A DNA stretch of 10,684 nucleotides, from assembly GCA_965649055.1 (NCBI GenBank), contig CBFGJG010000059.1:1-10684 (forward strand), written 5' to 3'. Shown here piece after piece: positions 1-8,369 of this stretch. This stretch comes from a candidate division WOR-3 bacterium (lineage in GTDB: Bacteria > Hydrothermota > UBA3072 > B12-G15). A program made the position numbers and the translations under genes. Position 1 is the stretch's first letter. Every line of letters starts with the position of its first letter. The notes beneath the pieces are model-generated. The model was not told the origin of the DNA. It worked only from the letters and a program-made list of their open reading frames with translations, and made no database searches.

Positions 1-78
1 TATATACCACCTATAATAATTGATGAGATTTATGATAAAATTTTTAGACAAAACTTAAATGTTAATTATAATAAATTG

Positions 79-99
79 TACCACCATGTCCCTGATCTT
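79..99 (-). repeat. Copy 1 of a 21-bp intergenic motif (minus strand AAGATCAGGGACATGGTGGTA)
   Basis: The reverse complement of 79-99 matches 10595-10615 at 19/21 positions. Lies just downstream of the 596-aa TPR gene stop. Confidence 0.75.
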
Positions 100-112
100 C
101 CCGAATTTAGAT

Positions 113-1903
113 TTATTTTGTTTTTGATTGAATCAAAAGATTGTTTAATTCTTTTATTTTCTCTTTTACATCTCCAAAATTTGGGTCAATCTTGATTATC
201 TCCTTAAATTCATTTATTGCTTCATTTATCTTGTTCTGGCTCGCATAAAGAACACCAAGGTGATAATGGAATGCCAGCAAAGGAATCGGGTTTTTACCTT
301 TTTCATTCTCAATTGTTTTCTTGTATATTATCTCTGCTGTTTTAAGTTCACCCTTCTCTTCATAGCATTTACCGAGCATTTCAAGTGATTTAAATTTTTC
401 CTTCTCACCTTTCATAGATATCTTGAACTGTGAGATTGCTTCGTCAATAAGCCCCATCTCTTTATAAGTAAGACCTAAATCATAATGGCTTGAATAATCT
501 TCTGCAGATATATTTTCAAATATCTTCTGTTTAAACTGTGTAAGCAGGTATTCTATATTTTCTTCGCCTGGAACCTTCTCTTCAATCTTTATAGATATCC
601 CTTTTTCTTCCTCTTTTAAAAGGTCCTCGAAGTTTATCCCAGCTTCCTCTTTCTTTACTTCTTCTAATTTTACAGTTTCTTCTTCCTTCGGTATTATCTC
701 TTTTAGAAGTGGATGTGAAGGATTTATTTTTATTGCTTTATCAAGTGCATTTTTTGCTTCTTCTTCAGCACCCCTTTTCATAAGACAGTTGTATAGTGCA
801 ACATATGCCTCAACCGCTTTATCCTTATCGTTTATCCTTAAAGCAATCTGGATCATCTTCTGTATTGGTCTTATTTCATAAGGTTTTATATCCGAAATCT
901 TCTTATAAATTTCTTCTGCTTTCACAAGGTCACCAGTATCAAAGAAATAATCAGCGGCTTTTGAATAATATTCAATTGCATCCTCGTTTGAACCGATCGA
1001 CTCATAAAGCTGTGCAACTGTAAGCCAGTCCATCCAGTCTGTTACTGATTTTTCAATAGATTTAATATCCGGTTCGGGTATCTCTCTTTCTTTCTTTATA
1101 TCTACCTTCTTTTCCTCAATACTCTCTTCAAGTGCCGAGATTATACTTATTTCTTCTTCCTCTTCTTCTTTCTTCACCTCTTTCTCTTCGGTCTCTTCTT
1201 TTTCCTTTTCTTTCTTCTTGACGGTCTCTACCTCTTCAGTGAAAACAGTTTTTGATTGTTCAAATACTATTTCTTCTTCCTTCTTTTCTTCAGGTGGTTT
1301 TTCACCTTTAACAGAAGCAATAGTATCTTGAATCCTATCTGCCTCTTCCACCCTTCCCTGTTCTTTATAAATATCATAAAGTATGTTCAATTGTTCAAGG
1401 GCATCTTCTTTCTTATTCTGTGATAAAAATATTTTAACAAGCTGTTCTCTTATATCTGTTTTTTTGGGGATAAGTTCCACTATCTTCTTATAAGTTGAAA
1501 GAACACCATTTATATCATTTTCTTTTGAAAATCTTTCTGCTATCCTGTAATATGCAGATGTTGCATCACCCAGAAGCCCCTGTTTGGCATAAAGGTCAGC
1601 AATTATCTCAAGCATCTGGAGTTCATCTTCACCAAGTTTTAATAATTTCTGTGCAATTGCGATCGCGTTACTATAGTAATCAAGGCTCTTGTATGAATCG
1701 AGAATTTTCCAGTAAAACTTTTTTGCAGTTGAAGTATCACCTTTCTTTACATATATCTCTGCAAGTTCTGTTAGTGATTTCAGGTCTTCAGGTGCAAGTT
1801 CAATTATCTTTTCATATAATTTTATTGCCTCATCATATTTATTCTTAAGGAGCACATTCTTTGCTTTTATCTTCAACTCGTTAATTTTATCCTGTTTTGC
1901 CAT
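113..1903 (-). CDS. Multi-TPR protein with acidic linkers and an SgmX-like C-terminal TPR module
   Basis: 596-aa ORF with many TPR-consensus helices (e.g. YDEAIKLYEKIIELAPED, LGKCYEEKGELKTAEIIYKK), Glu/Lys-rich low-complexity linkers, and a C-terminal block HYDLGLTYKEMGLIDEAISQF...YHLGVLY...DPNFGDV. Start overlaps the upstream stop (TAATG). No signal peptide or TM helix is apparent. The SgmX likeness is recalled family resemblance. Confidence 0.85.
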   Translation of the reverse strand: MAKQDKINELKIKAKNVLLKNKYDEAIKLYEKIIELAPEDLKSLTELAEIYVKKGDTSTAKKFYWKILDSYKSLDYYSNAIAIAQKLLKLGEDELQMLEIIADLYAKQGLLGDATSAYYRIAERFSKENDINGVLSTYKKIVELIPKKTDIREQLVKIFLSQNKKEDALEQLNILYDIYKEQGRVEEADRIQDTIASVKGEKPPEEKKEEEIVFEQSKTVFTEEVETVKKKEKEKEETEEKEVKKEEEEEEISIISALEESIEEKKVDIKKEREIPEPDIKSIEKSVTDWMDWLTVAQLYESIGSNEDAIEYYSKAADYFFDTGDLVKAEEIYKKISDIKPYEIRPIQKMIQIALRINDKDKAVEAYVALYNCLMKRGAEEEAKNALDKAIKINPSHPLLKEIIPKEEETVKLEEVKKEEAGINFEDLLKEEEKGISIKIEEKVPGEENIEYLLTQFKQKIFENISAEDYSSHYDLGLTYKEMGLIDEAISQFKISMKGEKEKFKSLEMLGKCYEEKGELKTAEIIYKKTIENEKGKNPIPLLAFHYHLGVLYASQNKINEAINEFKEIIKIDPNFGDVKEKIKELNNLLIQSKTK

Positions 1904-2718
1904 TATCCTATCTCCAGATCCTCACAAACCCTGTTTATAACAGCTTCGTCAACCGGATTCTTTTTTATTATTGAACCTTCAAGAAGTGCATTATCACAGA
2001 TAACATTTATCAACCTTGGGATACCTTTTGAATACCTGTAAATATATTCAACTGCTTTTGGTGTGAATACATCATTATCAACCCCACACTGTTTTGTTCT
2101 GAATTTTATATAATCCCTCGTTGAATTGAATGAAAGTGTTGAAAGCTTAATAATAGAAGAGATTCTCTGGAAAAGTGAACTATTTGTTTTCAGATTACTC
2201 ATCATAACAGGCATTCCACATAGTATAAATGTAATCAACCTTGAACCTGAAAGCTCAAGATTGAGTAGTCCCCTAATCTCTTCAAGCATAGCCTGTGTTG
2301 ATATGTTATTTGCCTCATCTATAATCAATATACAGTGTTTTCCTTCCCTGTGAACATTGTATAGATATTTTATAATAAGACCGATCATTTCTGATTTTGT
2401 AGACGAATTCACTTCTATTCCAAAAAGAACAGCAAGATTCTTCAGGAACCATTCAACTTCAAAATCTGAATGAGTTAAAATCATTAAACCAGAAATAAAT
2501 TTCTTATCCTTTGAAATCTCCGATAGGAGTTTTCTTGCAAGGGTTGACTTCCCGCATCCAACTTCACCGGTCAATATACCAAGACCTCTATTCCTCTTTA
2601 TCACATGGAGAAGTTTAATGAATGCCCTTGAATGCTCAGGACCACTATAAAACAATGATGCATCAGGTGTATCTGAAAAAGGTTCTTTTTTGAATCCATA
2701 AAAATTTTCGTAATCCAT
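1903..2718 (-). CDS. ExeA/GspA-family AAA+ ATPase (ATPase domain only)
   Basis: N-terminal YENFYGFKKEPFSDTPD family signature, Walker A GEVGCGKS, Walker B LIIDEAN, ILCG and FQRI motifs, C-terminal SKGIPRLINVICDNAL. SD AGGAGG at 2730-2725. No C-terminal TM or peptidoglycan-binding extension. Confidence 0.93.
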   Translation of the reverse strand: MDYENFYGFKKEPFSDTPDASLFYSGPEHSRAFIKLLHVIKRNRGLGILTGEVGCGKSTLARKLLSEISKDKKFISGLMILTHSDFEVEWFLKNLAVLFGIEVNSSTKSEMIGLIIKYLYNVHREGKHCILIIDEANNISTQAMLEEIRGLLNLELSGSRLITFILCGMPVMMSNLKTNSSLFQRISSIIKLSTLSFNSTRDYIKFRTKQCGVDNDVFTPKAVEYIYRYSKGIPRLINVICDNALLEGSIIKKNPVDEAVINRVCEDLEIG

Positions 2719-2728
2719 CTATATCCTC

Positions 2729-3727
2729 CTATATAAATATGATATTTTCTTCTTCTATTTTCGCTGGTTTTTCTAATTTCTTTTTTTCTATATGCTCAAC
2801 TTTCTCAACATTTACAGGTGCTGGCTCAACCCTTGCAGGTTTTACTTCCTCTTCTTTTTTTGGTTTTGGTGGTGAAACCCTATCTCTAACATCTTTATAA
2901 TCAGGTGAAATTGAAAATATCTTGTTGAATATCTGGAGTGCTTTATCTATCTTCCCTTCTTCTTGATATTTAAGACCAATATTATAAAGATATTCAAGTC
3001 TTTCATCACCCGAAAGAACCTCATCTATCATATTTATTGCGTTCTCATAATCACCTTGATAAATTGCGATATCTATCAATAATTTTGTCCCTTCCTTATA
3101 ATATGAGCCACCTATCTCCCTTACTTTATTTATCTCCTCAATACCTAATTCTTTTATCCCTTCCTTTAAAAGTTCCTTTCCAAGGTGATACCTTAATTCT
3201 GATTCTGTATCTTTCGAGATTGAAATCTGTATTTTCCGAAGCTCCTCCAGGATTTTATTATCTTCCCTTTCCAATTTAAAGTTTTGTATTTCCGGGTCAT
3301 CAGGATATTTACTTTTAATATTCTTCAGAATGCTTTCTGCTTTTTCTATCTCACCTTTAGCGGCGAATGCGGTTATAGCCCTTGTATAATTCTGTTTTGC
3401 ATCATCTGCAGAACCGATATCCCATAATAGATCTGCCATTTCAAGATAAGATTGTGCGTCAAATTCTTCCTTTGTATCGGATGGTTTAGTGTACTCTAAA
3501 ACTATGTTCCTAATCTCTTCAGGGAACTTGCCAATAATCTGCGGAAGATTTGAAGGAGAACCACCCTCATCCAGATACGAAATTAAAAAATTAAATGCAT
3601 CTGTTGTAAGTCCGTATTCAGAAAGGCTCATAGCAAGATAAAGCATATTCTCAGGTGTTTTTTCAGCAAGGTACATCTTATAGGCAATTATAACATTCTT
3701 CAATGTTTCTTCATTCAATTTCCTCAC
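2729..3727 (-). CDS. TPR-repeat protein, probable shortened paralogue of the 596-aa TPR protein
   Basis: 332-aa ORF with TPR helices (LYNIGLKYQEEGKIDKALQIFNKIFSISPDY) and a Pro/Lys/Glu-rich tail ending NIIFI. Start is GTG at 3727 or, better spaced from the GGGGGTG SD-like sequence, TTG at 3718. Both overlap the end of hutI. Confidence 0.8.
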   Translation of the reverse strand: MRKLNEETLKNVIIAYKMYLAEKTPENMLYLAMSLSEYGLTTDAFNFLISYLDEGGSPSNLPQIIGKFPEEIRNIVLEYTKPSDTKEEFDAQSYLEMADLLWDIGSADDAKQNYTRAITAFAAKGEIEKAESILKNIKSKYPDDPEIQNFKLEREDNKILEELRKIQISISKDTESELRYHLGKELLKEGIKELGIEEINKVREIGGSYYKEGTKLLIDIAIYQGDYENAINMIDEVLSGDERLEYLYNIGLKYQEEGKIDKALQIFNKIFSISPDYKDVRDRVSPPKPKKEEEVKPARVEPAPVNVEKVEHIEKKKLEKPAKIEEENIIFI

Positions 3728-4907
3728 CCCCTTTAATAATTTTTTTTACAGGATTTTCTCCAAACCAGTAAAATATCTCCCTGAAATCTCTGTATTTTGT
3801 TATGATTATATCCGCATCTTTACCAATTTCTATTGAACCTTTTTTATCCCCGGCATTTATTGCATATGCTGCATTTATTGTAATACCCGCAAGGACATCT
3901 TCAGGTGTAAGTCTTAAGTATGTTGTTGCAAATGAGCCTGCAACGGGTAAATACTTCAAAGGTGAAGAGCCTGGATTAAAATCGGTTCCTATAGCTATGG
4001 GTATTTCATTATCTTTTATTTTATCAACAGGTGCAGGATTCTCTCTTAAATAAAAAGATGTGAAAGGGAGAAGGACGGCTACTGTCCCTGCCCTCTGCAT
4101 CATCTTAAGTCCTTTATCAGATGGGTGAAGCAGATGGTCAGCAGATATACAACCAATTTCTCCTGCTATTTCTGAACCGCCCGAAGATTTTATCTCATCT
4201 GCATGAATCTTTGGTATAAGCTTGTATTCCTTTCCTTTCAGTAAAATTTTTCTTGATTCTTCTCTTGTAAAAACCGTTTCTTCACAGAAGACATCAATAA
4301 ATTCTGCAAGTTTTCTTTCATGGATTTCAGGTATCATTTCAAGAATTTCATTTATATAATCTTCTCTTTCCTTTTCCGGTGGAAAATCATGTGCACCGAT
4401 GAATGTAGGATAGACATTGAACTCTTTCTTCATATCATTTATAACTTCAAGCATTTTTAATTCATTTTCTCTATCAAGTCCATATCCAGATTTTATTTCA
4501 ACAGATGTCACACCCCATTTTAACATATCTTTTAATCTGTTTTTCAATATATTTATAAGTTCTTCTTTTTTCGCTTCCCTTGTTTTTTTCACTGTGCTCA
4601 TAATCCCGCCACCCTCTTTCCTTATTTCCATATAACTTTTTCCTCTGATTTTCATATCAAACTCATTAACCCTGTTGCCTGCAAAAAGTGTATGTGTATG
4701 CGGGTCAATAAAACCAGGAATCACAACATTCCCTTCCGCATCTATAATCTTCTTCGCATTTCCATCATATTCACCAATATATGATATCTTTCCATCTTTT
4801 ATCCCTATATCTCCTTTCTTTATAATCCCAAGGTCAAAATTTTTTCCCTTTTTAAGTCCGCCTTTCATTGTTATTATATATCCATTTTTTATCAGTAAAT
4901 CTATCAT
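3711..4907 (-). CDS. hutI: Imidazolonepropionase (amidohydrolase superfamily)
   Basis: Motifs [43 protein letters not shown] and [13 protein letters not shown] overlap with hutU. Confidence 0.97.
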   Translation of the reverse strand: MIDLLIKNGYIITMKGGLKKGKNFDLGIIKKGDIGIKDGKISYIGEYDGNAKKIIDAEGNVVIPGFIDPHTHTLFAGNRVNEFDMKIRGKSYMEIRKEGGGIMSTVKKTREAKKEELINILKNRLKDMLKWGVTSVEIKSGYGLDRENELKMLEVINDMKKEFNVYPTFIGAHDFPPEKEREDYINEILEMIPEIHERKLAEFIDVFCEETVFTREESRKILLKGKEYKLIPKIHADEIKSSGGSEIAGEIGCISADHLLHPSDKGLKMMQRAGTVAVLLPFTSFYLRENPAPVDKIKDNEIPIAIGTDFNPGSSPLKYLPVAGSFATTYLRLTPEDVLAGITINAAYAINAGDKKGSIEIGKDADIIITKYRDFREIFYWFGENPVKKIIKGGEEIE

Positions 4908-6553
4908 TTAAGCATTGGCATCCTTATCTTTTTCTTTTTCACTGTGTTTATTGCGATTTCGTATCCTGCATCTGCATGCCTCACAACTCCAAGCCCACAA
5001 TCATTATTTAAAACCCTTTCAAGTTTCTTTTCCTGTTCTCTTGTTCCATCGGCTACAATCACCATACCTGCATGGATTGAATAACCAATACCCACACCGC
5101 CTCCATGATGGACAGAAACCCAGGTTGCACCTGAAGCAGTATTTAGTAATGCATTAAGAATAGGCCAGTCAGCAATTGCATCAGAGCCGTCTTTCATTGC
5201 CTCTGTTTCCCTGTATGGTGAAGCCACACTTCCGGTATCATGATGGTCTCTACCGATCACTATAGGTGCTGATACTATACCTTTTTTAACCATCTTATTC
5301 ATCAGTAAACCTGCTTTTGCCCTATCCCCATATTCAAGCCAGCAGATTCTTGCAGGAAGTCCCTGGAATTTTACCATTTTCTGGGCTGTCTTTATCCATT
5401 TTATCAGGTGCTCATCCTTGAAGTTTTCCATTATCATCTTATCAGTCTCATATATATCCTGTTTTTTACCTGATAAAGCAACCCACCTGAATGGCCCGCT
5501 ACCTTTTGAGAAGAGTGGCCTTATATATTTTGGAACGTATCCCGGTATTAAGAACGCATCATTCACACCTGCCTGTCTTGCCCTCTCCCTTATATTATTA
5601 CCATACTCAAATGACCTTGCACCCTTCTTCATAAGTTCAAGCCAGCCAGAGACATGAATAGCAATTGAATCGTATGCAAGTTTAAGATACTTATCAGGGT
5701 CTTTCTTTCTCAACTCAGCTGCCTCTTCTACTGAAAGACCTCTTGGAATATACCCATTCAACGGGTCATGTGCAGCGGTTTGGTCTGTAACAACATCAGG
5801 GACTATATCTCTCTTTGCGAGTTCAGGAATTATATCTGCTGCATTTGCAAGAAGTCCTATTGAGATTGGTTTATTATTCCTGATATGTTCATCTTTTATT
5901 CTCAATGCTTCATCGAGATTATCTGTCCATGTATCAAGGTATTTGGTATTAATCCTTCTATCTATTGCCCTCTTATCCACTTCTATTATAATAGAAACAC
6001 CATCATTCATAGTGAAGGCGAGTGGTTGTGCACCTCCCATTTCACCAAGTCCAGACGAAAGAACCCATTTCCCTTTTAGGGAACCGCCGAATTCCTCGTT
6101 TGCAAGTGAAAAAACAGTTTCATAAGTTCCCTGCAAAATCCCCTGTGTTCCAATGTATATCCAGCTACCAGCTGTCATCTGTCCATACATAGTCAATCCC
6201 ATCTCTTCAAGCCTTGTAAATTCCTCGAATGTCGCCCATTTGGGAACAAGCATAGAGTTGACAATAAGAACCCTTGGAGCCCAGGTGTGTGTCTTCCATA
6301 AACAAACAGGTTTACCGGACTGAATGAGTAATGTGTCGTCAACATCCATTTTCTTTAATGTCTCTATAATCTTGTAATAGCACTCCCAGTTCCTTGCTGC
6401 TTTTCCCTTACCACCATAAACAATGAGATTATCAGGGTCTTTTGCAACCTCTCTATCAAGATTATTCATAAGCATTCTCATAGGTGCTTCAATAAGCCAC
6501 GATTTACAGGAAATTTTATTTCCTCTTGGTGCTTTTATATTTCTTGTTTTCAT
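4904..6553 (-). CDS. hutU: Urocanate hydratase (urocanase)
   Basis: 549 aa with motifs [75 protein letters not shown] and HHGGGVG. SD GGAGG at 6563-6559. Confidence 0.99.
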   Translation of the reverse strand: MKTRNIKAPRGNKISCKSWLIEAPMRMLMNNLDREVAKDPDNLIVYGGKGKAARNWECYYKIIETLKKMDVDDTLLIQSGKPVCLWKTHTWAPRVLIVNSMLVPKWATFEEFTRLEEMGLTMYGQMTAGSWIYIGTQGILQGTYETVFSLANEEFGGSLKGKWVLSSGLGEMGGAQPLAFTMNDGVSIIIEVDKRAIDRRINTKYLDTWTDNLDEALRIKDEHIRNNKPISIGLLANAADIIPELAKRDIVPDVVTDQTAAHDPLNGYIPRGLSVEEAAELRKKDPDKYLKLAYDSIAIHVSGWLELMKKGARSFEYGNNIRERARQAGVNDAFLIPGYVPKYIRPLFSKGSGPFRWVALSGKKQDIYETDKMIMENFKDEHLIKWIKTAQKMVKFQGLPARICWLEYGDRAKAGLLMNKMVKKGIVSAPIVIGRDHHDTGSVASPYRETEAMKDGSDAIADWPILNALLNTASGATWVSVHHGGGVGIGYSIHAGMVIVADGTREQEKKLERVLNNDCGLGVVRHADAGYEIAINTVKKKKIRMPMLK

Positions 6554-6572
6554 AAGAACCTCCGTATTTAAA

Positions 6573-6600
6573 TTTATAATCAGAAAATAAAAAAAGTCAA
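6573..6600 (-). promoter_or_regulatory. Putative sigma70-type promoter of the hutU-hutI-TPR-ATPase-TPR operon
   Basis: Minus strand TTGACT (6600-6595), 16 bp spacer, TATAAA (6578-6573), about 20 nt upstream of the hutU ATG. Confidence 0.55.
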
Positions 6601-6664
6601 GAAGATAATTAAAAAATGTGGTTTACAATAATGATTAATTTCTATGACCTAACCCAATTTCTAT

Positions 6665-6692
6665 TTGACATAATACTTTGAAATGGTAAAAT
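6665..6692 (+). promoter_or_regulatory. Putative sigma70-type promoter of the rightward operon
   Basis: Perfect TTGACA (6665-6670), 16 bp spacer containing an extended-10 TG (6684-6685), TAAAAT (6687-6692). AAGGA SD-like sequence before ATG 6711. Confidence 0.7.
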
Positions 6693-6710
6693 TGTAAAAA
6701 AGGATTTTAG

Positions 6711-7334
6711 ATGGAAGTTGAGGTTGAATTAACAAAGATATTTGGATTAATCTTTTTCCTCGTTGTTGTTATTTTCCTTTTAATTGTTTTTATTGGAACA
6801 TTTTTAAATAAATCTAAAACAAAAAATGTCATAAATGGAAAGAAATTCTATGAATTAGTTTCTCTTTTAGATGATAAAAATCTAAGAAAAAATGCACTTG
6901 AAAGGCTTGCAAATATAAAAGATAAAAGGAGCATAGAGATTATAACATCTTTTATAGATTCACTTGATACAGGTGATCCTGATGATAGAAATATTATGAA
7001 TTATGCGTTTGACTTAATTTCTGAGATCAACGATAAAACAGTTCTTGATTTTATGATTACAACACTGCAAGGGAAAGAAATCCTGAAAAAATATTCGGCA
7101 TTAAAAAAGATCTCATATCTTGTTCAGGTGAAAAAAATTAAGGCTAAAGAATTTGTTATCCCGATTCTCTCTTTAGTTAAAGAATTGCAGGAACTAAAAT
7201 TGAAAAATTCCCAATCTTACAATAAGGAAATAGAAGAAATAGCAATAATTATATTAAACGAATTAACAGGGAAGGATTTTGGTAAAGATACTGAAAAATG
7301 GGAAGAATGGGTATCTCAGAATTTAAAAACATAG
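6711..7334 (+). CDS. Membrane-anchored HEAT/ARM-like repeat protein of unknown function
   Basis: N-terminal hydrophobic helix (IFGLIFFLVVVIFLLIVFIGTFL) followed by basic residues, HEAT-like units (LRKNALERLANIKDKRSIEIITSFI, AFDLISEINDKTVLDFMITTL) and a C-terminal LNELTGKDFGKDTEKWEEW cap. Confidence 0.7.
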   Translation: MEVEVELTKIFGLIFFLVVVIFLLIVFIGTFLNKSKTKNVINGKKFYELVSLLDDKNLRKNALERLANIKDKRSIEIITSFIDSLDTGDPDDRNIMNYAFDLISEINDKTVLDFMITTLQGKEILKKYSALKKISYLVQVKKIKAKEFVIPILSLVKELQELKLKNSQSYNKEIEEIAIIILNELTGKDFGKDTEKWEEWVSQNLKT

Positions 7335-7346
7335 AAAGGAGTTTGT

Positions 7347-7865
7347 ATGGAATTTTATGATGTTATTAAAAAAAGAAGGAGTGTAAGAAAATATAGAAAA
7401 GACAGGATACCGGATAATGTCCTGAGAAGGATACTCGAAGCGGGTCGTATTGCACCTTCTGCAAAGAATATACAACCATGGAAATTCATCGTTATAAAGG
7501 ATGAAGAAAGAAAGAAAAAGGTTGCAGATGCATGCAAGAAGCAGATGTGGATGGCAGATGCGGATGTTATAGTCTGTGGTTGTGCTATTGAAGAGATTGC
7601 ATATGGTAAAATGGGTGGATATATGAGTTCCTATCCGGTTGACCTTGCGATAGCAATGGACCATATAATACTTGCTGCAACAGATGAAGGGCTTGGAACT
7701 TGCTGGATTGGTGCATTTGATGAGAAAGAAGTAAAGAAGGTTTTAAATATTCCCGAAGATATTCGTGTTGTTGCATTGACACCTATAGGATTTCCAGCGG
7801 AAGAACCAAAGGACAGGGGTAGAAAACCATTTGAAGAAGTTTTTACATTCGAAACATATAAATAA
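7347..7865 (+). CDS. Nitroreductase-family FMN-dependent oxidoreductase
   Basis: FMN-binding RRSVRKY, APSAKNIQPWKFIVI and LAATDEGLGTCWIGAF motifs. SD AAAGGAG upstream. Confidence 0.95.
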   Translation: MEFYDVIKKRRSVRKYRKDRIPDNVLRRILEAGRIAPSAKNIQPWKFIVIKDEERKKKVADACKKQMWMADADVIVCGCAIEEIAYGKMGGYMSSYPVDLAIAMDHIILAATDEGLGTCWIGAFDEKEVKKVLNIPEDIRVVALTPIGFPAEEPKDRGRKPFEEVFTFETYK

Positions 7866-7868
7866 AAA

Positions 7869-8369
7869 ATGAAATTATACACAAGATTCACGACATCAAT
7901 CCTTATGACTGCACTTGCAATCTCTTTGGGATATCTGCTTTCATTCATCCCAAATGTAGAACTTGTTCTTCCAGCCATATTCATATCTGGTTTTATAACA
8001 GGATTCTCAGGTGGAATTCTAACAGGTATAATGACATTTTTAATCTATGGATACTTCAATCCATTTGGTCCATCACCTTTATTTCTTCTCCTTTCACAAA
8101 TTACAGGTGGCGCAATTGTAGGTATATCAGGTGGTATTTATAGAATTATAAATAAAAAAAATGTTTTCATCTGTGGAATACTGGGATTTACTTCAATATT
8201 ATTCTATGATATCATAACAACAATAACTGGTTTCATAATATTTCTGACAAAAAATACATTTATAGGTTATGTAATTGCAGGTTTACCTTTCATCCTTATA
8301 CATATTCTTTCAGGAACATTTGTATTTATATTTATAATATATCCATTAACAAGGCGGTTAAAAATATGA
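7869..8369 (+). CDS. ECF-type transporter S component (CbrT-like, probable cobalamin/vitamin substrate)
   Basis: 166 aa with about 5-6 hydrophobic helices, IPNVEL after TM1, Gly-spaced helices (GFSGGILTG), FNPFGPS loop and late GLPF...HILS motif. Coupled to a TonB-dependent receptor gene. Confidence 0.75.
   Translation: MKLYTRFTTSILMTALAISLGYLLSFIPNVELVLPAIFISGFITGFSGGILTGIMTFLIYGYFNPFGPSPLFLLLSQITGGAIVGISGGIYRIINKKNVFICGILGFTSILFYDIITTITGFIIFLTKNTFIGYVIAGLPFILIHILSGTFVFIFIIYPLTRRLKI

Noticed and set aside
1..195. Open + frame 1 running in from the window edge (YIPPIIIDEIYDK...LGQS*)
   Set aside because: It overlaps the TPR gene 3' end by 83 nt antisense and has no recognisable motif. It cannot be excluded as the tail of a convergent gene but is unsupported.
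1903..2718. ATPase as a transposon helper (IstB/TniB/TnsC-like) or defence ATPase
   Set aside because: There is no adjacent transposase, integrase, nuclease or effector domain. The N-terminal YxxFYGFxxxPF signature fits the ExeA/GspA group.
796..6125. Short + strand ORFs of 60-117 aa (796, 1495, 2126, 3037, 3802, 4417, 4675, 4915, 5418, 5885, 5943)
   Set aside because: All are antisense shadows of well-supported minus-strand genes, with no recognisable motifs.
6601..6630. GAAGATAATTAAAAAATGTGGTTTACAAT as a third copy of the 21-bp terminal motif
   Set aside because: It needs gaps and many mismatches, so it cannot be distinguished from chance.
6637..6664. AATTTCTAT resembling the start of a Cas12a CRISPR repeat
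   Set aside because: Only two 9-bp copies 19 bp apart, with no hairpin, no spacers and no cas genes.
6554..6710. Cobalamin riboswitch upstream of the uptake operon
   Set aside because: The region is very AT-rich, is occupied by two promoters, and shows no B12-box or stable stems. The predicted leader is under 20 nt.
7347..7865. Nitroreductase as BluB (DMB synthase)
   Set aside because: It has generic APSAxNxQPW rather than the BluB-type APSVG motif and is shorter than typical BluB.
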